In this document: positions 1-12,583 of the stretch, piece by piece
How the letters are laid out: each line of letters begins with the position of its first letter
Position numbering within the stretch: the stretch's first letter is position 1
Assembly (NCBI GenBank): GCA_002189035.1
Contig: CM007991.1
Coordinates: 3,410,001 to 3,474,000, forward strand
Length of the DNA stretch: 64,000 nucleotides
Source of the DNA: Utricularia gibba
Lineage: Eukaryota; Plantae; Magnoliophyta
Reading direction: 5' to 3'
Position numbers and translations under genes: made by a program
The notes under the pieces: generated by a model
Seen by the model: the letters and a program-made list of their open reading frames with translations, nothing else
Database searches by the model: none
What the model was told of the DNA's origin: nothing

Positions 1-7
1 CAACAGG

Positions 8-2441
8 ACTATTCTTATAAGTCAGATGCTCTAAGAGGAAAAAAAGGATTCCCTGGTAGTAATTAATCCATAATTCTACTGTTCAGAAACATTTCTCTGT
101 ATATATGATGATCAATACTCTGAATTTTGCCTCACGTAGTGAAAGCTACTGGGAAGAAAAGTATTGCGCAGAAGCCAAGAAATTTGGGTAGCCGTCCTTG
201 GGGAAATAGAATGAGCGATGGTTTTGTACTAATGTAAGGTCTTACGAAACCATTAATGTTAATGGGCTTCGCAAGTATTTTTTCTCCTTGAGGACATAAT
301 GTAGAAAGTTGTTTGTTTTTTTTTTTGGTTTTTCTAATGAACTATAACATCCTCAGGAACTCCAAAAACTACTCAGGAACTTTGCCAAAGAAGCTTCCAA
401 GGGTAACTGAGCCAATATTTCATTCATATTTCATGTTTCTTGCGGTGTGAATTTTTCAATGTATTTCTTATTATCATTATAATTGTTCTTGTTCAATGGT
501 ATTGAAAAATTTTTTGCTTCTTAAATCATATTGATGAGAGGTGTAGCTTCCATAATAAGACAAGTGAAATTTTCATGATGGAACAGGCATCATATACGAA
601 GCATTCATTTTGTTGTTTGATGTCAGCCTGCAGGAAAAGCAGTTGTTACAGGTCAAAGAGCACCAACGAACTCTGCTAACTCCAATATTAAGCCTGATGA
701 TTTATCAAAAGTAAAGAAGGTGCAAGGAAAGGGCTCTGAGAATAAAACAGCTCCTTCAGTTGTATCCCATGACGATTCATCGAAAGAAGAGTATATTGTA
801 GATTCAAACCCTTCCCGTAGGAAATCTAATCGCAGGAATTCTTTTACATCCTCATTGATAATGTCCACACCAAAGGTATCCTTGCTAGCTCCCATAAAAA
901 TCTTGCTTCAAGTGTCTAAGACGGCTTGATATATGGATTTTTATTTTGAAGTTGATGAGGGAAAGTATGAGTATTACTCCATCAAGTACTCTACCACAAA
1001 TTTATGATGAGAACAATCACCTTGAAGTCAGTGACTACGTAGATGACATATATCAATATTATTGGGTTATGGAGGTTAGTCAATTGTTTGAAATCAAGCA
1101 AGTCGATGTGTAAGCTTTTTTCAATTATATATTAATATCATGAATATCATTATGCAGGCGCAGAATCCTCTGCCTAAGAACTACATGGAAAATCAATCCG
1201 AGGTTACACCACAGATGCGTGGTATACTGATCAACTGGCTTATTGAGGTGCTCTGGCTTTGGAATTATGTTCTCTCTCTCACTCTCTCTCTGGTGTTATG
1301 CTTCATAAAACTAATCAATTTCACATTGTCTTGGAACCATTTGTATTTCAGGTTCACTTGAGGTTCGATTTGATGGAAGAAACTCTCTTCTTAACTATCT
1401 TGTTGTTGGATCGCTACTTATCACTTGAGACCATCAGGAAGAACGAAATGCAGTTAGTTGGCCTTACCGTTCTGTTATTAGCCTCTAAATATGAAGATTT
1501 TTGGCATCCAAGGGTACGTAATGGTTTTCATAGCGTCATTGCAGATTATCCAAAATCAATAACTACACATTTCCATTACAACTTCTTGATTAATCCATTG
1601 CAGGTTTCGGATTTGATAAGTATATCTGCAGAACCACTCACTAGGGATCAAGTGCTTAAAATGGTTCGTTCAGTCCCTTTCTTCATGTTCATTCGTACCT
1701 TCTTTTCCCTGACGTGCTCGTGAAAGTTTCATTCCTCTTTTGTGGACTTAAATTCCCATGAGAACAAAGCCTTTTTTTTTTTTTTTTTTTTGCCTTACAT
1801 GCGGAACTCTTCATGACAAACTAGCACTCTTTGAAACTATGGATATCAGGAGAAAACAATACTGAAGAAACTGAAGTTCCGTCTGAATGAGCCAACCACT
1901 TATGTCTTCATGCTCAGGTTTCTGAAGGCTGCTCAATCGAAGGTTAAAAAGGTATCCCCTAAAATGCTTAGAATACACACGTTCTTCTTACATTCATCAT
2001 ACTTACGCAGTCTAATTTCACTGCTACCCTTTCCAGTTCGAACACCTTGCTTTTTACATCCTTGAGCTATGCCTACTGGAGTACGAAGCTCAAAGTTACA
2101 AGCCCTCGATGCTGTGCGCCTCCGCCATCTACGTGGCTCGATGCACGATGCGAATGACACCCATCTGGAATCCAGTCTTGGCACAACATACTCGCTATGA
2201 GGAATCCCAGATCAGGTTCCTCATTAACCACATACAGCATTGGAAATGAGACTGGAATTTTGATGGCATATCGTAACATCCATGAACTCCATTCGTGCAC
2301 AGGGGATGCGCAGAGATGGTTCTCAGGTTCCACAAAGGCGCCAAAACGAGTCTACTGAAAGTGGCTTATGAGAAATACCTGAAGCCGCATTTAGGGATGG
2401 TTGCAGCCATCAAGCCCCTGGATAAGCTTCCTCCTCTGTAA
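8..2441 (+). CDS. CYCB3;1: B-type mitotic cyclin, CYCB3-like (multi-exon; 5' end probably outside the window)
   Basis: Spliced exons give WGNRMSDGFVL, RRNSFTSSL, EVSDYVDDIYQYYWVME, MRGILINWLIEVHLRFDLMEETLFL (cyclin box), LLASKYEDFWHP, LKFRLNEPT and YKPSMLCASAIY. Stop TAA at 2439-2441; GT-AG introns. Confidence 0.88.
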
Positions 2442-3250
2442 GTCTGCTGACTTCCTCTGCGTATATCCAAAGAAACACTGTGATAGATGTTCAGAAACAC
2501 TGATACGCATCTCTGTATCATGGTTGAATTAGCTTCAACCCTAAATTTGGAGACCAAGTTAGTAGTTACCATCGACAAGAAAAAATTGTTCATATGCTCT
2601 TCGTCACAAAAAAAGGTTCATTTGTGGATATTCAATATTATTTTTTTGTAAATTTATGTTAAAATACAAATGTATATATGAGATTTTAAAATATTAAATT
2701 AAAATAATTATTTTTATTTTTTTATAATATGTTTCATTCAATTCAAACACTTGTATAAAAAGAGTTCAATCCAAGATTGAATATGATATCAAAATGAAGG
2801 TTTTGGGATTTTAATAATTAATTAATAAATCGGCAGACTGGTCAATATTTATTTATTTTAATGATTAGAAATTGAGTTTATAACAGTCCCTTGTCCAGAA
2901 ATAGGAAGTTTTCTATTTTTTGGAGGCGAGTGCATGGCCTCAACGGTTAGGACGGAAAGTACAACGACTAGTAAAATTTTTTGGAGACACGAAACAAGAA
3001 AAAAGGTCAAATTGCTCCTCTCCAAAGACCCCTTTTGATGTGTTGTGATCCTTTGAAGAGATTGTGGATCTGCGTATAATGTTTTCTTCCTACTTTTAAT
3101 ATCTGGGTACTTTTTTCTTTCAAATTCTGTAGTTTTGATATGTCTGAGAGATTTACTGCAAATGCTGGATTTTGATTCTGTTATTGTTTAGTTTTTGGGG
3201 AGAATGATTTGTTGATACTGGCTGGTCTTTCTCTACAATGTGTTTGTAGA

Positions 3251-5427
3251 ATGGCATCAGTGAACTTCAAATACTGGAATGACTGTGTGGATCCTGATGA
3301 CTTGGAAGCAATGTGGAATGAACCTGATGTGAGAACAGAGTGGACTAATGTTGGAGAAACCAAGGGATCTAAGGTTCATCTTTCCCGTGATCCTGATGGT
3401 CAGCCTTATCTAACTCAAACCGAGATGAGGGTAAAAACCGCTCGAACTCGTAGTGTTTTGGGAAAAAGAAAACAGCATTTATCCATTGTTGTTGAATTGG
3501 ATTTGAACAGGCTGTGGCTGGAATAATAGTTAGAAGGCATTTCGTTTCACAGATAGATTCGGTATGGTATGCCGAACTCTTAAAACAATGTGGCAGTTCA
3601 GGACTACCATTCAGTCCTGTTCTCTTTATGTTTCTCAGGATATGCTCTGTGCAATAGCTGAGCTCGAAAGTGATAGACAACCCCTTGCTACGACCTGTGA
3701 TAAGAAAGCTGATGAGGTCAAAATGGGTATCATGCAGATCACACGACAAAATGCAGAATGGTTAACTAGGTACAGAATTGGTTGACTGTTTGCCTGTTTC
3801 CTTTTATCCCGTTTTTCTGAGGGAAACGCTGGAAAGATGTTATTTTTTCATCTCAGGGAATTGAATCTTACAACATATCAGTTGAACGAGGACTCAAAAC
3901 TTCTTTACAACCCATTCGTGAGTGTGTATTTTGCAGCAGCCTACCTGAAGTGGCTTTCATTTTATGAGCAAATGTATGCTGTTTCTATGTCACTAGAGTT
4001 TCCATCATTCTGATTTCCAAGGTGATTTTTTTTCATTATAACTTGCCATTCAGGGAAAGAAGCGAAGAGTTCATGATCAGAGCTTATAAAGGTGGCACAA
4101 AAAAAGCTGGACACAAATCAACTTTGGTATACTGGAAAAAATATCTCTCTGTCAAGGACAATCTTCCATCCAGGTATAGTGTAGGCTGAATTTGAGAAAG
4201 AGCAATTCTTACTGCAAATTTTTCTCCACAGAAAAGCCTTTGCAGTTGGTCCAGCCCTCGATATCTCTCCGGGCTACGGAGACTCGGTTCCACAAAACAA
4301 AGGTGTTTTTCATGCAATGTGACAAGCCTGCTTATATTCTCATTCCTCCAAGTCCATTTCTTCATGGTTTCTGGTCTTCCTTTCTAAAGCTGAGGCACTC
4401 TCTCTCTGAAAACAAGGTTCGACCAATGCAACCTGGGATTCGAGGACTTCCCCTGAAGATATGGAAGAGATGTGGAATAACAATGAGGTAAACAAGGAAT
4501 GGAACAAAACCGGTGAGAGAAGAGGGAATGTTCGATTCTCAATCGATGTGGAAAAGAAACCTTATCTGTCAAGGGTGGAACTAAGGGTGAGAATGCAGCA
4601 TGCAACATATTATTTGCTGATAATCCTATACACAGATCTACTATGCACCTCAGTGAGCATTCTCCCTTTTTTCAGGCTGTTGCAGAGATCATTTTAGCAA
4701 AGCACTTCACCACAAAAACGGCTAAACCCGTAAGTAGCTATCAATTGCATTTGCTCCTCCACCATGGCTGAGAAACCAAGTTTACTTGTCTCCTTGGCAG
4801 TCTGTGTTATGCGCTATTTCTGAGATGGTCAGCATGCGCTTCGTAGATGGCATCGGCCAACGAACCGGACTGATGGGAATCGACTATCCAACAGCATGCT
4901 GGCTCTTCAAGTATAACTCTCTAACAGAAACTTGCTATGAAAACTCAACAAAATGGACTGCTCATTTTTTTCTCTCTGAACCTTGTGATCTAGGGACTTG
5001 AGCTACCAAAGCTACACAGTAGAATCAGTAGAAGATCTCACAAAGCCTTTCGTTTCCATGTACTTCGGAGCAGCATACATGAACTGGTTGTCAGACTATG
5101 AAGGAAGGTAAACCCATCCTTCATGAACCCTCGAAGAAAAAAAGCAATCTGCATTAATACCCGAAAGCACTAACACAGTTTCTCGAACCCTTCACAGGGA
5201 AAGAACGATACAGTTCATAGTCCAAGCCTATCTCTCCGGCCCACAGAATGTGAACTCTGAAGAAGCAGACCCTTCATGGGATACATTTCAAGAAGCACTG
5301 ATCCATTACGAAAGACCAAAAAGGTGCCTATACATCTTCGTGCATATGCTTTTTCATTCCAAGTTCCCACTTTGAAAGTAACCCGTTACCACTAAACAGG
5401 GAAAATGGAAGCTGCAGCATCATGTGA
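3251..5427 (+). CDS. Plant transglycosylase SLT-domain protein with two tandem repeats and a C-terminal CSIM
   Basis: 11 in-frame GT-AG exons. Repeat 1: YWNDCVDPDDLEAMW...LCAIAELES...MGIMQI...YFAAAYL...AYKGG. Repeat 2: WDSRTSPEDMEEMW...LCAISEMVS...LMGIDY...YFGAAYM...AYLSG. Ends RENGSCSIM-stop (TGA 5425-5427). Confidence 0.85.
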
Positions 5428-6030
5428 GAGTCTTTGCATCAAGAGCATCCCTATTCCCAAAGTCTCAAATTTGGATAGGATAAATTAATCATCATTGTTG
5501 CCCCTCATATATCTTTATTTTGATCATGCACTTCAAATAATTATATGATATTTAAGATAAATTATTTTATACATTCACAGTTATGTTATGAACAAATCGA
5601 ATCAGTAAAATGGTATTTGAATTCCATCGATTTAATTAGTTAATTCGATTAATCGAAGAAATTTCAAATATTTTTATAATAGTGTACAAATTAATAAAAA
5701 ATGATGCATATATTGATTTCGCAAATTCAAGTTTGATGAGTTTTTTTTTTTTTTTTTTTTACGTTGGAGTTAAAGGTAGTTACGGGTGCAACTCGACAGG
5801 TTACGGATACCTAGCGTATATCCCAATTGATCCGTATCGGTACCCACCTAATCATATAAAGTAAACCGGTGACGTGGCATCTCTGGGGTTCTTAATTCGT
5901 AAAGGATAGAATTCTGGGCCGAAAACAACGTTCCCCAGGCCCAAGCAGAAATCGGCGCATCCGGATCGCGTTAGCAGAAACAACGGCGCTGTCTACTAAA
6001 ATACGCCTCCTTGGCTAAGGCTAGGCTCTC

Positions 6031-6036
6031 TATAAA
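6031..6036 (+). promoter_or_regulatory. TATA box of PGK
   Basis: CTCTATAAAG about 160 nt upstream of the PGK ATG; TGGGCC/GGCCCA site-II motifs lie at about 5915-5945. Confidence 0.5.
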
Positions 6037-6192
6037 GCTAACAGTGCACCCCTTGCCCTCACGAGCGTCTTGTCTTGAAACCGGTTTGTCCGTAAGCGTC
6101 GAATTTGAACATCGTGGTGTGATTTTGCCCTCGAATGTTGTGTTATTTTGGTTTCGTTGTGGGTTGAGGATGATGTGATTTGGATTCAGGAA

Positions 6193-8031
6193 ATGGCGAC
6201 GAAGAAGAGCGTGGGTTCACTGAAAGAGGCGGACCTGAAGGGGAAGAGGGTTTTTGTCAGGGTGGATCTGAACGTTCCCTTGGATGATAACTTGAATATC
6301 ACTGACGACACGAGGATCAGAGCCGCTGTACCCACGATTAAGTACTTGGTGTCAAATGGGGCGAAAGTCATCCTCACTACTCACCTGGTATTCATCGCAT
6401 ATATTGCTTTTTAATCGCCTCGAGAGGTGGATTCATAAATTCGCATCCTCTATGTTGGATCTTCGATGGTTTCGTCCTTTTAGAATGTTTTGTTGCTCGT
6501 GTGCGAGAGTATGTTCAGTTGATGATTGGTTGTGGATTTTGGATGCTAGCATTGCAGATACTTCGTGTGATTTTTACTGGGGTATCGATCGAGGAATTTT
6601 TCTGATTCATGTTTGTATCTCTTTCCGTTATGGTGGAAGCTGATTGGTTATTGCAATGATATGTTCGATTGATGTTGTGTGATTGGTTACTTTCAGGGAC
6701 GCCCAAAAGGCGTCACTCCAAAATACAGCTTGAAGCCCCTAGTTCCCAGACTTTCTGAGCTTCTAGAAGTCCAGGTTTGTGTCCTCTTTGTTTCATGTCT
6801 CGTGAACCACCCTGTTTTATTTTTTTGAGGTTAGAAAAAAAAAGCTTATCTTGGTTCTCTGCAGGTAAAGATCACTAATGATTGTGTAGGGGAAGAAGTT
6901 CAGAGCGTTGTGGCAGGGCTTTCCGACGGGGATGTTGTTCTCCTTGAGAATGTTAGATTCCACAAAGAAGAGGAGAAGAATGATCCCGAGTTTGCAAAAC
7001 AACTCGCTTCCCTTGCAGATCTGTATGTTAATGATGCGTTCGGAACAGCACACAGAGCTCATGCTTCAACTGAGGGAGTGGCCAAGTACTTGAAGCCTGC
7101 TGTTGCAGGGTTCCTTATGCAAAAGGTACGTTTTCCATGAGTTCCTTTTGCTCCCTTGTCAATGAATCAAACTTTGCAGCCAATACAGCAGTGATGTCTG
7201 AATTTATCATGTCTTTTCAGGAACTCGATTACCTTGTTGGAGCGGTAGCAAATCCGCAAAAGCCATTTGCTGCCATTGTGGGTGGTTCCAAGGTTTCAAC
7301 TAAGATAGGAGTGATAGAATCTCTCCTTGGAAAGGTTGATCTCCTGTTTCTAGGTGGTGGAATGATCTTTACATTCTACAAGGCTCAAGGATATCCAGTC
7401 GGATCTTCACTCGTTGAAGAAGACAAGCTCGATCTTGCTACTTCACTCATTGAGAAGGCCAAGGCAAAGGGTGTATCACTTTTGCTACCTTCTGATGTGG
7501 TTGTTGCTGACAAGTTCGACGCCAACGCCAACAGCAAGGTTATCATCATCATCTTTCCCCCATCCCCTTTTACATTCCAGAATTCACTTCATTCCGGATG
7601 CTTTCTTCAGATTGTTCCAGCGTCTCAGATCCCTGACGGGTGGATGGGACTAGATATCGGCCCAGACAGCATCAAATCCTTCAGTGAAGCATTGGACACC
7701 ACCAAGACCATCATCTGGAATGGACCTATGGGCGTCTTCGAATTCGAAAAATTCGCCGCCGGAACAGAGGTGCCCAGCCAGCCAGCCGCCTTTTACTTAC
7801 TACCCACGAATTCTCATCTGAGCTTTTTCTTGTCAGGCGATCGCCAAGAAACTTGCTGAACTGAGTGGCAAGGGAGTGACAACAATCATCGGAGGAGGCG
7901 ACTCAGTCGCAGCTGTCGAGAAGGCCGGACTCGCCGACAAAATGAGTCATATTTCCACCGGCGGTGGAGCGAGCTTGGAGCTCCTTGAAGGGAAGCAGCT
8001 CCCCGGCGTCTTGGCCCTTGATGATGCGTGA
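6193..8031 (+). CDS. PGK: Phosphoglycerate kinase, cytosolic type (no transit peptide)
   Basis: [80 protein letters not shown] and [16 protein letters not shown]. Six exons, all in frame. Confidence 0.97.
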
Positions 8032-9090
8032 TGAGCTTTTCTTCTCCTCCGGATGTTTCAGGCTCTTGCAATAAGAAAAAACCCATCTCTCTGTTTTCCG
8101 TTTTCATCGCTTTTCACTCAAGTGCATGATTTGGGCCCACCACAAACACGAAGTGGACTCAGTTCAAATTGGGCCCAGTTGACTGACCGTGCAGAAGCCC
8201 AAATAACTGGACTTTTTTTATTTAAATTTTTTTACTCCAAATCACGTGTGTGTCAGCCTTGCGGGATATTTTTATATTCTAAAAAAATATAAATTTATAA
8301 ACATTGGCTACTTTTTAAGGGGTAAACTTTTCATTTCTATTTTATTAAAATCATTTTTAAAAAAATATTTTTGACAATTAAAACAAAAGAGAATTTGTAG
8401 TTGTATGCATTTTTTTCTAATTTCGATCTATGTGATTGAATGTTTCAATTCATATTTGTATTCGTTTTTTATAAGTTCAATTTGCTTCAACTTTATTATA
8501 TGAATTCATATACAATATATTTAAAAATTCATTATATTATAATTTTTTATTCCAAGAAAAAATTAAATAGCATTTAAATCGAGTGCCACGCCGCTGTGCT
8601 GTGCACTGCCCGACATTCATTAATCATTCGCCATTTCAACTTCTTACAACGTTGTCACAATTAATCAATATTCATTCCCTCTAATTAATTTCCAAGTATT
8701 GTTTTCTTATAAAAAGTAAAATAAATTGCACTGATCCCTATCTTAAATATACATCAAATATTAATATAAAAAGATAATATTAAAAAAATTGATCATTTTT
8801 ATCGCATACATATAAGAATTTATGGTGTGATACAGAAATTGTACGTCTACATTTTTGTTGGTTGTTGTAAATTGGAAAGGGACGAGCATTGAATAGTAGT
8901 TACCAGTCCATGTTCATAAATGCTGTGACAAGAACAATGAAGTCTGAAGATGCATAGCATTTAAATATTATTTTTCGCTTTTTTTTTTGTAAGCGAAATT
9001 TGCTTCGGGTACTTCGCTGGTATAAAATAAGTGGATCCGTGCGACACCGCCATCGCTTCCTCTGCGGAGATTCAGACGAGTCTCCTTTCG

Positions 9091-9863
9091 ATGGCTGCGG
9101 AAGTGAGTTCTCAGGTGAGGATGACGGGCGCGGCCGCCGCCGCTAGGGAGTCTGGAGATTCGGCGGTGCCGATTACTCGGGATTTTCTTGGTGGTGGTTG
9201 CTGTGCGCATGATTCGGAGGATCTGGACCTTGACCTTGAAGTCCCGTGTGGATGGGAGAAGCGCCTCGACCTGAAGGTGGGTAGCTAATCATTCTGAAAC
9301 GTAGATTTTAGTTTTCGTGTGTGTTGGGTGCTGAATTGATTTCTCGTTTCAGTTGAGGGGTTGTTTAAATGCGGCTGATTTGGCTGTGTTGATGATGCAG
9401 TCAGGGAAAGTTTATCTTCAAAGGTGGCATGAGTCATCCAACTCTTATTTTTCGACGACAGGGGAGCCGCCGGGGGCTGCGTCGGAGAAGTTGCAGGCCC
9501 TCAGTTCCCCCAAAGGAAGGCGTGCAAGCAGCAAACGCTGAATCTGTTCCACGACGGCAGCCTTGATTTAACCCTCACCGCCTCGAATTACCAGAGCGTT
9601 TGCACTCTAGATAAGGTCAAATCAGCCCTGGAACGCGCGGAGAAAGAGACCTTGAGAAAGCGGGCGGTAACGAAACCCTCTTCCCCCGGCGGGCAGGAGG
9701 AAAAGTCGAATTCCCCGATGGCGGTGGCCGCCGGCTGCCCGGCTGCTTACTCTACGTGCTGATCTCGAAAAGTAACCCCAGGTGCCCAAGGTGCAACACC
9801 CAAGTGCCCTTCCCAGTGGCCCCCAAGAGACCTCGGCTCGACCTCAACGCATCCTTTTTCTGA
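9091..9863 (+). CDS. Uncharacterised WW-like / GIR-type zinc-ribbon protein (two apparent 1-nt frameshifts)
   Basis: Exon 1 ends ITRDFLGG...LDLDLEVPCGWEKRLDLK and exon 2 starts SGKVYLQ. NYQSVCTLDKVKSALERAEKE and AAGCPGCLLYVLISKSNPRCPRC...KRPRLDLN are recovered only after adding 1 nt at ~9505 and at ~9741. Confidence 0.75.
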
Positions 9864-10453
9864 AGGTCAGGAACTTGCTTTCAGATGGGTTTTGTGTCGC
9901 AAGTTCATTAAACATAACAATAAATAGACGTGTTTAATTATCTACATGAACAAACCCCCCTTTACATAAAACAAAAACCCAGCAATTTAATGCTGTAATA
10001 ACGTGGAGGATGTCCAGATCGCCATTAAAGCTAATGAATCCAAGTTGCTGATCAAATCTCCAACCTCGATTCACATTCCCCCTTTTTCCGTGCTGCCGTA
10101 ATGGGCATTCATTGCAAATAAACTCCCCATAATACAATAAATATCCTCTGCTCCCGAAGGTGTCGGACACCCCGACCCGGCACGAATACAAGTGGACGCG
10201 GGCGGGCGGGTTCTGGCGCCGGGGAAGGCCGGTCCACCGCACCTGACTCATAAATGATGCTTTTATTACTTCACTTCCCCCAACCAACAAGTTTTGAAGT
10301 TGAATTCTCCCGCTGCAAGTGATCTACGCGAGATGGGTGGGTGCGTGTCCGTGTCGGTTTGTGAAAATAATAACCGCTGGTTTTCATTCTGTCAGCAGCC
10401 ATCTCCGATGCCGATCGCCACGGCGTCGCCCCGGCATGGGCCATAAATGCTTC

Positions 10454-10485
10454 CACACGCACACGCACACGCACACGCACACGCA
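10454..10485. repeat. (CACACG)5 hexanucleotide microsatellite
   Basis: cacacgcacacgcacacgcacacgcacacgca, read directly. Confidence 0.95.
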
Positions 10486-12214
10486 AAAGTAAATGTCACC
10501 TCTTCGGAATGTTCGTTCTCTTCAGAGTTGCAGAGAGTACCTTTTTAACCATCTCCTAAAACTAAATATTGAATTTCATCATTTTTCTATCACCAAAAAT
10601 CAATTTTTCAAATGATCCTGATAAAACCCATTATGCAAAACATGGTAATATCAATTTTTCAGTATTATTTTTGAAAATATTGATTTAAAAATAAAAAATC
10701 ACCAGAAATAGTTTTTTTTCATCAACCTGTTAAAATATGGGTATTTTACGTGTATGAAATAAATAATCATTAAATGCACATTAAATGATTGGTCTCCCCA
10801 TTGTACGAATCTCCAGGGCGGCATTAATCTCGGCCACCCACCCAAATCTTACTAATTATGTTTTCACCCACAACCGGGTTCCCGATTGCTCACGTCAGCA
10901 ATTGTCCAAAAAAGGATAAGGATTTGAAATTAATCATCTCCTGCCTCCACTCCATTTTTAGGAAGACGCATGCACGTTACCGTGCAAGTTTTCCATCGTG
11001 TTATTTATTAAGTAATAATTTTATGATAAATAGTTATTATTTAAATAACACTTATTTTTATTAGCTTTTGTATATTTAATATAGCCTCCCAAGATGGCCT
11101 TAGTTATTTGGGGGCCTCGTATTGGGCTTTATGTAGTGTGGGACTGTAATTGGGCCAGACTCTTTTGATGCTATGTATAGCCCAATAGGGAAGCCCAGGT
11201 TTCCTAATTCAGACCGGTCTATGATCGTAGCCCGGCCTGGTTTCCGAGGATGACGGTTGCGAAGGGCGGCCGTGAACATATGAGCACCGCAAGTTAACGA
11301 ACGCCAGTACGGCCTCGCCGAGGCATTTAATGTGTCCCCCTACGCTTCAACACCAGCAGCCGTACGACGCGCCACCGGTCTGCGCGTTGCGGATTGTGGT
11401 AAATTCAGACTCCACAGAAGTAAATATCCGACGGTGGTCTCCTGCTACTCCGAACCCTCACCCTTTCGTCAGCTTCTTGTGGGTCAGAAAGAGAGACAAA
11501 GATGCAGCCAGCAGATGCGGTAGTGAAGAAGATGCAGCGTCAAGTGCGCCATTTATGGCCACCCAACTGCCGATGAAAGAACACCCATTCCATCTATAAA
11601 CACGAGGTGGACGGGGGAGATCCCACAAACTCCGGTAACTAGACGACGGGATTCACAACTCCAGAAGTGTAGTAATGCCGATGGCTCAACCTCAACCCTT
11701 CTTTGCAACGAAAAAAACAAAAGGAAAAAAGAGAATGAATGATGGAGTTGTATAATTATAATATTTGCAACCCACCAACTACCGCCTTGTCACGTAGTTT
11801 AGATAAATGATGTTATGAGTCAATTCCGTAGCATCATTGATGGCTACAATGCCCCAATCATGTGACTCCCATTTTACATGTACAAAATGGGGTAGTTTTT
11901 TTGACATTAGAAAGATCAGATTTCTAAATCTCTTGGGGATTTATGTGCTGGAAAAGCAATTTGTTTGGCCCTCAAAAAGTTGCTTTTATTTCGGACAGTA
12001 GAATGGCTAGAAAAATGTTTGTCTTAACTGGGAACTGGCGATCCTGCCTCAACTCCAAGTGACTCACGGCATTGATCTTGAAAAAAGCTGATTTTAGTTG
12101 CCTAAAAATGTGCAATTTCCTCAAGGGATTGACCAATTTTTCACTATTTGCAACACACGCCGGGGGAGGGGAGGATTCCGGGGTGGGAGCGGAGCGGAGC
12201 GAGATCTCCCGCAG

Positions 12215-12583
12215 TCAGACCTCGTTGGAGACCGCGCCGAGGATTTCCCGGAGTTGTCGTTCGCACCCGCCGAGGCGGAGCGTCTCCAATACGCGCTCAA
12301 AGATGCAAACTTGGCAGGGGATCCGCAGCCCTCCTCGTTGCTCGTAACCGTACTCCGCGGCGGATCTCTTCAACAGCTCCACGAAAATCGGATGGTTGAG
12401 CAACCGGGCGCTCACCACGAACCGTTCCTTTTCCTCGCCGACGTAGACCGGCAAGTGCCCCTCCGGCACGGGGGCGCTTCGTTTCTCCTTCCAAATCGAA
12501 TCCGTACCCCGAGATCCGGCCCCAAGGAAACCGTACTCGGAAGAATCCGCGACCCGGGAGAGCCTCCGTACCAGCTTCTTCAT
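12215..12583 (-). CDS. SAUR: Auxin-responsive SAUR protein, SAUR40/41/71/72-like clade
   Basis: Intronless ORF MKKLVRRLSRVADSSEY...VPEGHLPVYVGEEKERFVVSARLLNHPIFVELLKRSAAEYGYEQRGGLRIPC; TATA-like element at ~12655. Confidence 0.93.
   Translation of the reverse strand: MKKLVRRLSRVADSSEYGFLGAGSRGTDSIWKEKRSAPVPEGHLPVYVGEEKERFVVSARLLNHPIFVELLKRSAAEYGYEQRGGLRIPCQVCIFERVLETLRLGGCERQLREILGAVSNEV

Noticed and set aside
11440-11470. AACCCTCACCCT as a possible telomerase RNA template
   Set aside because: It does not template TTTAGGG, and no correctly spaced USE (RTCCCACATCG) plus TATA was found.
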